From IMG/VR virus record IMGVR_UViG_3300037852_000186, positions 35,975 through 99,974 of that record: 64,000 bases of DNA. One strand, given 5' to 3'. Of this stretch, positions 56,723 through 64,000 are shown piece after piece. Under the pieces are notes generated by a model. That model saw only the letters and a program-made list of their open reading frames with translations. It searched no databases and was not told the origin of the DNA. Position numbers and translations under genes: made by a program. Source of the DNA: a virus. Numbering within the stretch: the first letter of the stretch is position 1; every line of letters begins with the position of its first letter.

Positions 56723-57055
56723 TTACGTCTTTCGTGCTTTTAGCGCCCTGCGCTCAGAATACGGGGTGCTCCACTCGCACAGCCGCGCGATGTCGATTTC
56801 AGAAAGCTCGGCCAGCCGCATGACTTTTACGAGCGGCGCCGTCTCTAAGCCTCTCTTGAGGTAATGGTACAAAGCACCGCGCGAGACTTTTAGCCGCGCC
56901 GCTGCCGTTTGTAGACTCCATTCCTCGGCTCGCTCTTCCCCAGCCTTGCGGATAGCGAGCAAGAACCAATTGATATCCTCGTGCGGCTCCCGCCGTGAAA
57001 TCTGGCTCTGCCAACGTCCGTACTCCTGATCGATCCTGCTTTTCCATGTGTCCAT
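56723..57055 (-). CDS. XRE-like HTH protein (paralog 3)
   Basis: AAARLKVSRGALYHYL...RLAELSEI. Confidence 0.7.
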   Translation of the reverse strand: MDTWKSRIDQEYGRWQSQISRREPHEDINWFLLAIRKAGEERAEEWSLQTAAARLKVSRGALYHYLKRGLETAPLVKVMRLAELSEIDIARLCEWSTPYSERRALKARKT

Positions 57056-57127
57056 ATGCCGCCTCCGCGAACGAATGTAACGCGAAAGGGGCAGGTGGTG
57101 ATACTAGGGACGGCTAAATTGTTTGGC

Positions 57128-57397
57128 TTAATCCGAATCTTCTAAGACGCCTACACACAGAAGATCCATCGGAAGTTCCGAGCATTCGGCTAGTTGCTGG
57201 ATCAGTCCAGCCTGCCATTGTCCAGCGGGTCTAAAAAGCAGAGCCGCTAATCGTTGCGGGCTGATCCCCAGCTTTTCGGCGACCTTAGCTGGGCCTCCGG
57301 ATTTCATAACTGCAAGATCCATCGCTCGCCAACCGTGCTCAGCCAGCACTTTGGCGGCTTGTTCTACATCTTCAATTGGGTCGAAGAACAGGTTCAT
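57128..57397 (-). CDS. XRE-like HTH protein (paralog 2)
   Basis: SGGPAKVAEKLGISPQRL...QLAECSELP. Confidence 0.7.
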   Translation of the reverse strand: MNLFFDPIEDVEQAAKVLAEHGWRAMDLAVMKSGGPAKVAEKLGISPQRLAALLFRPAGQWQAGLIQQLAECSELPMDLLCVGVLEDSD

Positions 57398-57399
57398 TC

Positions 57400-57843
57400 T
57401 TATTTCTCGTTAATCTTGCGGGCGGCGGGCGATTTTTTCGCACGCGCCTTTTCCACGTTGGGATGGTCTGGCCCATTCAATAAGGTTTTCATCGATACGC
57501 CAGAAATCTCAGCAAGTTTCTCAACCCAGTCCGCAATCCATTTTTTTGTCGATTTGTTGAGCAACTTCGTTAGGCCATTACGGCTGATGCCCATCTTGAT
57601 TGCGGTTTGTTTTGGTCCGCCGCATTTTGAAACCGCAATCAGAACTGGGCTGAGGCCCTGCTTTGCGAGACTCCGCGCCCGAACATCGGCTCCTCCAGTG
57701 TCATCAATTACCGCATTGAGGATTGTGACAATCCGATTGGTTTGTTCGTCGTCTAGCTCCCGCCGAGGACACACATCCCTATCCTTCCTAGCCTTCCGTA
57801 CAGTCCGAAAGGGCACGATCCTTCGCGACGTTGAGGATGTCAT
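57400..57843 (-). CDS. XRE-like HTH protein (paralog 1), repressor candidate
   Basis: CGGPKQTAIKMGISRNGL...KLAEISGVS; promoter TTGACA-18-TATCAT upstream, divergent from a plus-strand promoter at about 57944. Confidence 0.7.
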   Translation of the reverse strand: MTSSTSRRIVPFRTVRKARKDRDVCPRRELDDEQTNRIVTILNAVIDDTGGADVRARSLAKQGLSPVLIAVSKCGGPKQTAIKMGISRNGLTKLLNKSTKKWIADWVEKLAEISGVSMKTLLNGPDHPNVEKARAKKSPAARKINEK

Positions 57844-58011
57844 AGGGATGATGGGAAATGATAGCGCATCGGTTTGCGCCTTGTCAACTAGTCGTGTTAA
57901 ACTGCCCACATTAAGTGTTTCCTGAACCATAAAAACTCTGCGGTTGACACGGTGCCCACCATCTGCTAAAAATGGTACATCGTGAATTTAGGTAGCACTA
58001 AAAGTTAAGGA

Positions 58012-58332
58012 ATGCCGACCGACGAACAGATCGCTGCCTACGCCGAAGTCGCCAAAGCTCTACGCGATGGTCGGTTAACTCCAGCCGCCGGGTGTAACCG
58101 ATGCGGCTTCGTCGGACGTTTAAACGCTCACCACGATCACGGCTACGACTTAGAGCATCAACTAGATATTGAGTGGCTTTGTGATACTTGCCATCGCCGC
58201 CATCACATCAGGCGCGGGGTTCAACGTAAACCGCCTAACCCTAGTCTGCGTATGGGACGATTGCATCGAATGCTTGAGGCGGAACACGCGAAATGGCTGC
58301 TGTATCAATTGAAAGAATCGAAGAAGGGGTAG
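58012..58332 (+). CDS. HNH-like Zn protein
   Basis: CNRCG...AHHD...Y...IEWLCDTCHRRHH. Confidence 0.75.
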   Translation: MPTDEQIAAYAEVAKALRDGRLTPAAGCNRCGFVGRLNAHHDHGYDLEHQLDIEWLCDTCHRRHHIRRGVQRKPPNPSLRMGRLHRMLEAEHAKWLLYQLKESKKG

Positions 58333-59645
58333 ATGGAGTTGTGAATCAGTCAACGCGGACCCCCAAACTTTTAGCGAGTAACGCAAGCGCTCCCGCGCGG
58401 TAGCTCAGGACTCAAGCAACTTCAGGCTGCGGGTCGCTGTGCATCAGTTAGCACGAAAGCACTGCCTGCTGTCAACCAAAGATGGATGAAATCTCAAACT
58501 TTCGATGGATGCGGCAATCGTGAATCGCAAGAGTACGCCACCCGCGCCGCGCGGTTACGAAACAATGCAAAACGCAATGAATTAAATATGGAGATCGCGC
58601 GATGACCGCATACGAGCAGTTCGATAAATGGCTGTGCACCTTGATGGCAGTTGAAATGACGGCGGAGGTGCTAGCCGACAAAAATACTGGCGACGAAGCA
58701 GAACTCTATCAGCTATTCGCCGAACAATTAAATCAGGCTACGCAAAATTTTAGGAACATGCGTCAGATTGTCCTTAATGACGATCCACCCGAGAGTGAAG
58801 AAGAATGAGAACCCGCAGCCTCCAACTCGTCCGCCGCCGAGCCATCGCTGCCAGCGAGCCGCCCTCGCAGGGCGAATACGACGAAGAGAACGAAGTGGTC
58901 GTTTATGGTAGCGACAGTTTGTTCTGCGTTCGCTGTAACGCGATGTTCGGTATGTTTCCCGAGGATAGGCTAGCGATAGCCGAACGGCGCTGCCCGAAGT
59001 GCGGGCCGTTGGAACAATCTGCCGCTGGCTCCGCTTGCGCAGTTTTTTCAATCGAGAAGTAGCATATGTTCAATCCAGACGAAGAGAAATACATGCTGGC
59101 CTGTAGCGGTGCCAACCACGGCTGCGGGCGTAAGTGGCAGTGTCGAGATGGCCGCATCGTGGCCATTGAAGAGATGGACGATAGCCACTTGGTTAATTCT
59201 CTATTGCGGGTGCAGCGCCATTGGCCGTGGCGGTCCGAATACTATCACTGCCTGGTCAACGAAGCCCGCAAACGGAGTTTAATCTAAATGTGGCCCGACA
59301 AAGATTGGTGTTGTTGGCGCTGTGGTAAGTGCTGGTCTGGTTGAGGCGTCGAAAGTCTATGCCCGCGTTGCGGTGCATGCAATGCCGATATTGACCATAG
59401 TCCAGAAGAGTGCGGTGGAGAATACCATGAGCCTAAGTCAAGCTGAGAAATTTGCGGTGCGGCAGTACGCTGCGGGCGAGCGCATCAACCGTGACGAAAT
59501 GAAGCGGATCTATTACGAGCACATCGCAGATATGGGCGTCGCCGAACCATGCCGCGAGCTGAAGTTTTTGTCGGAAGTATTCTCGCCCGCGCCAGATGCT
59601 GTGTATCGAAACTTGCTGCGGCGCCGAATTATCGGGTGTCGTTAA

Positions 59646-60143
59646 GTGGCGCTAACTCATATCAGCGAATCGATATCGCGCGTGCTGCCCGTTCGCATTA
59701 TCGTGCTCGGCCTTCCGGTTCCTGCGGCTAGAGCTAGATTCGCTCGTGCGGGTGTATTCGTTCGGACGTATAACCCCGCCCACATGATGCAGTACCGGGA
59801 ACGGCTCCAAGCCGCAGCGCAAGAAGCGATGGTCGGTCGCGTCCCACTCGACGGTTCTCTATATATGAATGTGCTATGCGTGATGCCGATGCCCGAGTCT
59901 TTGTCGAAGCGTGACCGCAATGTCGCTATGCTCGGGATACTTGGACATACAAAAAAGCCCGACTGTTCCAACCTGCTCAAGAATTTTGAAGATGCTCTGA
60001 ATCGGATCGTTTATATAGATGACGCTCGGCTAAGCAAGGTGAGCGTTGTAAAAATCTATGGCGATAAGCCTCGATTAGAAATTGAAGTGGGGCCTTGGCT
60101 CCCGCCGCAATCCGCAACCCTGTTCGATGGAGAGAAACCGTGA
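59646..60143 (+). CDS. rusA: RusA family Holliday junction resolvase
   Basis: G-x-P...R-x-R...KKPDCSNLLKNFEDALN...YIDDARL...KIYG. Confidence 0.9.
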   Translation: MALTHISESISRVLPVRIIVLGLPVPAARARFARAGVFVRTYNPAHMMQYRERLQAAAQEAMVGRVPLDGSLYMNVLCVMPMPESLSKRDRNVAMLGILGHTKKPDCSNLLKNFEDALNRIVYIDDARLSKVSVVKIYGDKPRLEIEVGPWLPPQSATLFDGEKP

Positions 60144-60444
60144 CTATCAGCGACCTAGAACGCCATATAAACCTGCCCTCACATTTAGCCGAATACGATT
60201 GCGGCATCAATGAGGATATCCACGCCGTAATCGCCGGCTATCGAGCGATGCAGACGTTACTCCTGGACTTTTTGCTCGACCGCCCAGCCGGTGAGAGCGC
60301 TGGCATCTTTCGGCAGCGCGTAAAGGCGGCAGCCAAAGAAGTTCTCGACGAACTCAAGTGCAAGGAATAATTATCGCCGCACTTGCCAATCTGATATACA
60401 CGCGCTAACATTTTCGACAGTTTAGAGAAGAGGTTAAATTAGAA

Positions 60445-60927
60445 ATGTTTGATGAACACATTAAGGCGCACGACGACGCTATTCGCGCGGACGAACGAGC
60501 GAAATTTGTCCAGTTGATCAATTCAGCGGATAAGGCTGTGCATGACCTAAAGATGGCGGTGGGAGCACCGGAATATATGGACTCCCCTAGTACGCCCGCC
60601 GCAAAAGCTCCCAAACCGCGCACCGCCTCCAAGCGTAAGGTGCCGAGCGCTGCGGAGGTTCGCGCAGCCGCCCCGACCGTGCTGGCCGCGCTTGCTAAGC
60701 ACGACATGGTCAAACAGCCAGTGCTGGCGCATGAAACTGGTCTCGATTCTGAGCTAGTATCTTTTGCGCTTCGCCATCTCATTCATACCGGCGCAGTCGG
60801 TCGGTCCGGCAAGCACAAGGAAACCGCCTATTGTTTGATAGCGCAGTCTCCACAGCCAGCTTCCGAGCAGCAAGAGAATGGTGCGCTTGTAAGCGAAGAG
60901 TCCGAAAGTCCACAACAGGAGGGTTGA
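60445..60927 (+). CDS. hypothetical protein with C-terminal winged-helix-like region
   Basis: coiled coil, basic linker, then LAHETGL...ALRHLI-x-x-G-x-V-x-x-x-G. Confidence 0.5.
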   Translation: MFDEHIKAHDDAIRADERAKFVQLINSADKAVHDLKMAVGAPEYMDSPSTPAAKAPKPRTASKRKVPSAAEVRAAAPTVLAALAKHDMVKQPVLAHETGLDSELVSFALRHLIHTGAVGRSGKHKETAYCLIAQSPQPASEQQENGALVSEESESPQQEG

Positions 60928-61343
60928 AGTTAGACGAGAGGAGAAGTCTGAGTGGAATAACCGCAAGAAGCCCTGGCGTATGGTTCATGAACAGTCACAA
61001 AAACGCCGGGGCTTCACTTTAGGTGCAAGTATGTTTTTCTTAGCCTACAACATACGAACAGGTGAAGGGCGTGTATTCGGTTCGGCTCGCGATGCTCGCA
61101 GTTATGCACGGAGCTGGCGATGGAGCCGTGTCTGGGTCGGGATGATTGCGTGATGTCCGAGGCTGAGAATCTGCGCCTTTTGTTTTATGAGAGCGAGCAG
61201 GTCCGCAGAGCGCTCTGGGCGCAACTCGAACAGGAAAAGGTTTATCGCGCAAGCGCGAAGCTGACTATTGAGGCGGTGCTGAAGCGGGCGGAGAGAGCGG
61301 AGGCTGAGGTCGCGCGGTTGAAGTGGGTAATGGGATTGTTGGG

Positions 61344-62795
61344 CTAGGCCGACTCTTCCTGGTCGTCTTCGTCGGGTTCTCCTTCTGTCTCGTCGGCTGT
61401 GTCGGTAGCTTCTTCTGCGGCCTCATAGTCAATATCACAAACGCAGTTATGAACGACTAATCCTTGGGCCAAATACCAATGAGTATCGGTTTCTAAATCA
61501 TGGACGTACTCCGTTATCCCCGTGTGATTGTCGATGCCAATAAGCTTCGCGAGATGTATCTGGCTGGGAAAACTGAGAATCAGATCTCGAAAGAGTTGGG
61601 TATCGCCCGCGCTAGTGTCCGCAGTCGTTGCCTTAAATTGGGTCTCGTTCCTCGTACACTGTCCGAAGCTCAGCTTGTGCGGAATTCCCTTCGTACCCCA
61701 GAACAGCGCGCGGCTGGTGCGCGTGCTGCCCATGATGCAGCGCGCGGTAGAAAAGCCACATTCTTGGAGCTTTGTCAGCGGGCGATGACTATATCTACCA
61801 TGCCAAAGGCCCTGACAGCTATAGAGCGAATGCTCTACGAACCACTTCAATCTACGAATTTGACGATAGAACGTGAGCACGCTTGCGGCCCGTACAATAT
61901 CGACTTCGCTGTTGATGGTTCCGTCGCGGTTGAATGTTTTGGAGGAGGTTGGCACGCAACTGGACGAGCCGCCGCCCGCTTTCAAAAGCGCGTGCGGTAC
62001 TTGATCGATGCGGCTTGGCATGTTGTAGTCGTTTGGATTGACCGTCGCTACAACTCGGACCTGACGATCCGGGGGGCAATAGAGTATGCGGTCTCCTTGT
62101 CTCAAGAAACGCGCCTCCGACCAGCCATGCTGCGTCAGTATCGAATGATTTGGTGTTATGGTAAGAGAGTTGTTGTGACCGGCGATGCGAATAGTCAAGA
62201 GTTCCCCTTGATACCGTCTGCGCATATGAGCCGTTACGCCACTACCAGTGACAATACTATCTCCTACTAGACAATTCGGATGTGGCGAGTCTCCTTCGGG
62301 AAAATCTTCATCAATGCCAATCCATCCCGCCGCGATATTTTCTTGGCAAAGCTCACAAGCTGATTCGTCTCCGTTCCATCTTTTACGACCAGCGCCTGCT
62401 ACTTTTGCGGCTTCTAGACCGCCCGCTCGCAGGGCAACTTGCATCTCAGTACGAGCAATAGACAAGGCCCTGGTGGGGCTAAAAGCGTAAGCTTCTCGCA
62501 ATTCATCTCTGAGCCTGCCAGCCGACCAGCCTTCTTCCAGCGCCTGCACAACCGCCCCCCGCAGCATCTCGGGGGTGGTAGCCGCGAAGTCCTTAATCAG
62601 CTCCCCTGCGCGGCGCTCTGCGTAGGCAACCGCCCGATGATCAATGACATGCGCAACGTCCGCCTTGACGCGGAGCTGGCGTACCACGGTATGGCCGTTG
62701 CGGCGAAAGGCGCGGATGGTATGCGGCTTGATATCGTCGGCCAGGATGGCGAAGCCGTCGCTGAGGTCGATGTTGCAAATTTCGCGGGCGTTCAT
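61344..62795 (-). CDS. MuF/SPP1 gp7-like minor head protein, intein-containing
   Basis: RALSIARTE, KRW, CELC, HPN|intein|CVC restores the HPNC-x-C motif after splicing. Confidence 0.9.
   Translation of the reverse strand: MNAREICNIDLSDGFAILADDIKPHTIRAFRRNGHTVVRQLRVKADVAHVIDHRAVAYAERRAGELIKDFAATTPEMLRGAVVQALEEGWSAGRLRDELREAYAFSPTRALSIARTEMQVALRAGGLEAAKVAGAGRKRWNGDESACELCQENIAAGWIGIDEDFPEGDSPHPNCLVGDSIVTGSGVTAHMRRRYQGELLTIRIAGHNNSLTITPNHSILTQHGWSEARFLRQGDRILYCPPDRQVRVVATVNPNDYNMPSRIDQVPHALLKAGGGSSSCVPTSSKTFNRDGTINSEVDIVRAASVLTFYRQIRRLKWFVEHSLYSCQGLWHGRYSHRPLTKLQECGFSTARCIMGSTRTSRALFWGTKGIPHKLSFGQCTRNETQFKATTADTSAGDTQLFRDLILSFPSQIHLAKLIGIDNHTGITEYVHDLETDTHWYLAQGLVVHNCVCDIDYEAAEEATDTADETEGEPDEDDQEESA
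61446..62273 (-). mobile_element. intein (276 aa) in the MuF HPNC motif
   Basis: block A CLVGDSIV; block B TITPNHSILTQHGW...LRQGD; block F VHDLET...Y; block G VVHN followed by +1 Cys. Confidence 0.92.
61500..62270 (+). CDS. HTH + Vsr/DUF559-like endonuclease encoded antisense inside the intein
   Basis: LREMYLAGKTENQISKELGIARASVRSR (HTH); IERMLY...GPYNIDFAV...VAVECFGGGWH...YLIDAAWHVVVVW. Confidence 0.78.
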   Translation: MDVLRYPRVIVDANKLREMYLAGKTENQISKELGIARASVRSRCLKLGLVPRTLSEAQLVRNSLRTPEQRAAGARAAHDAARGRKATFLELCQRAMTISTMPKALTAIERMLYEPLQSTNLTIEREHACGPYNIDFAVDGSVAVECFGGGWHATGRAAARFQKRVRYLIDAAWHVVVVWIDRRYNSDLTIRGAIEYAVSLSQETRLRPAMLRQYRMIWCYGKRVVVTGDANSQEFPLIPSAHMSRYATTSDNTISY

Positions 62796-62841
62796 TTAGC
62801 TAGCTACTTGACAAACCCTAGAAAAGTGTTTAACGTTAAAC

Positions 62842-63273
62842 ATGGCTGGAAAGTTGTGTCGCAAGTGCTTAGTAGAAAAGCCATTAACTGAGTTTTATGA
62901 GCGTGAAGGGCGGCAAGGTACTCCACTGTATAGTTCTTGGTGTCGTCCGTGTACCCGCCGAACCGCGTTAGGCTGGCGTGCTCGTAATCTCGAAAAACGA
63001 TGGGCACATACACAGGTGGCCGCCGCGTTGAAATATGGACAGATAACACGTCCAGAGCGCTGCGAAGCTTGCCGTCGCGAGACAACTCCAATTGCGCATC
63101 ATCCGAATTACGAGCGTCCACTTGAAGTCATGTGGCTTTGTGATAGCTGCCACCATCTTCTCCATAAAGGACATCAAGAGATAGAAGCGCGGTGGCGAAA
63201 TAATAATCCCGCCGCCGCTATGGCTCTCGATAATGCCAAGAAAGATGCACAACCGAGAGGCGACAACATCTAA
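62842..63273 (+). CDS. HNH-like Zn protein
   Basis: CRKC...F...CRPC; CEAC...AHHPNY...VMWLCDSCH; own promoter TTGACA(62808)-17-TAACGT. Confidence 0.8.
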   Translation: MAGKLCRKCLVEKPLTEFYEREGRQGTPLYSSWCRPCTRRTALGWRARNLEKRWAHTQVAAALKYGQITRPERCEACRRETTPIAHHPNYERPLEVMWLCDSCHHLLHKGHQEIEARWRNNNPAAAMALDNAKKDAQPRGDNI

Positions 63274-63616
63274 CGCCGCCCGCGAGAATGGAAAGAAGGG
63301 CGGGCGGCCGAAGGGGAGTAAGAATCATGAGTAAATTGAATGAATTGATGGTCGAAGCTAGCGAACACGTTGACCTGATCCGGCTAAAGATCACTAAAGA
63401 TTCTGTGCCGCATTTCTTATGTGAAGTGTGGCTGTCGCAGCCAGAGGGCTTACAATTGGCGAGACAGCTACTCAGTCAATTGTCGCATATGCTGGAGGAT
63501 GAAGAGATTTTTACACTGAAAGAGATTCTTGACGGTCACGATATCCTCTCGTAGCGTGCCACAATCTCCGCGATAACGGCCTCTCCGATAAGCTCCAGAC
63601 TGCCGCTGGACGATCT

Positions 63617-63961
63617 TCAACGTGTGCTTTTCGCTGACTTGAAACTCAGATTGGGTTGCTTGAGACTTATTACTTTGGCCGGACGCTTAATGCCGATAGT
63701 TTCGGCCCGTTGTTGATAGACCCTTGCGGAATCCGCGACTTGAATTACGCTGATGCTTTTACCTATTGCTGTGTGGCAATCAGCGCACAAGGGGAAGAAA
63801 CTCCAAAAATCGTTATTGTGTCTACCGCTAAGATGGTCGAGGTTGCTAATAGGTTCCTCTTTATCGTTAAGAATCCACCGACCGCCATCATCGACAATTT
63901 TCTTCCGACCGCAATATGGACAAAATCCAGCATAGCATTGGTGTGTAACTAGACGGTGCAT
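63617..63961 (-). CDS. HNH-like protein (may extend beyond the window)
   Basis: CPYCG...LDH...N...PLCADCH. Confidence 0.6.
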   Translation of the reverse strand: MHRLVTHQCYAGFCPYCGRKKIVDDGGRWILNDKEEPISNLDHLSGRHNNDFWSFFPLCADCHTAIGKSISVIQVADSARVYQQRAETIGIKRPAKVISLKQPNLSFKSAKSTR

Positions 63962-64000
63962 GTCGTTGGTTGTCTTGCTCGGCGGTTTGCGACTGCCCAG

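Noticed and set aside
58393-58475. tRNA-like start GCGCGGTAGCTCAG
   Set aside because: No T-loop (GTTC-R-A) or matching acceptor stem follows.
1-64000. Transposable Mu-type life cycle, DGR or retron
   Set aside because: No MuA/MuB, reverse transcriptase or template/variable repeat pair recognised in the window.

Overview
The whole window looks like part of one temperate tailed-phage-like element, with no obvious host chromosomal genes. It has six main parts. (1) A Mu-like morphogenesis and lysis module on the minus strand (about 0.7-17.3 kb: TerS, TerL, gpG-like, gpI protease/scaffold, decoration protein, gpT capsid, gp36, gp37, candidate endolysin and holin). The MuF/gpF minor head gene lies about 45 kb away at 61.3-62.8 kb, and no portal gene is in view. 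(2) A Trb/VirB-type conjugation cluster (18.6-30.3 kb: MobF relaxase, T4CP, VirB2/3/4/5/6/8/9, TraF, truncated VirB10, no VirB11). (3) A 4036-bp IS1-family cargo transposon (32616-36651) with terminal inverted repeats, an 8-bp target duplication, frameshifted core genes and an intact XRE/Zn-peptidase toxin-antitoxin-like cargo. (4) Replication and recombination genes (Prim-Pol, ThyX, primase-helicase with an adjacent iteron-like origin, ERCC4, RecD2, SSB-like, RecT/Bet, exonuclease, RusA). (5) A tyrosine integrase and excisionase with an unsplit attP made of the 3' half of tRNA-Pro(GGG). (6) About ten free-standing HNH/GIY-YIG genes. The two most striking observations are an intein in the MuF gene whose interior encodes an HTH plus Vsr/DUF559-like endonuclease on the opposite strand, and the co-occurrence of virion, integration and conjugation machinery in one element. 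All family calls come from reading motifs by eye; no searches were run.
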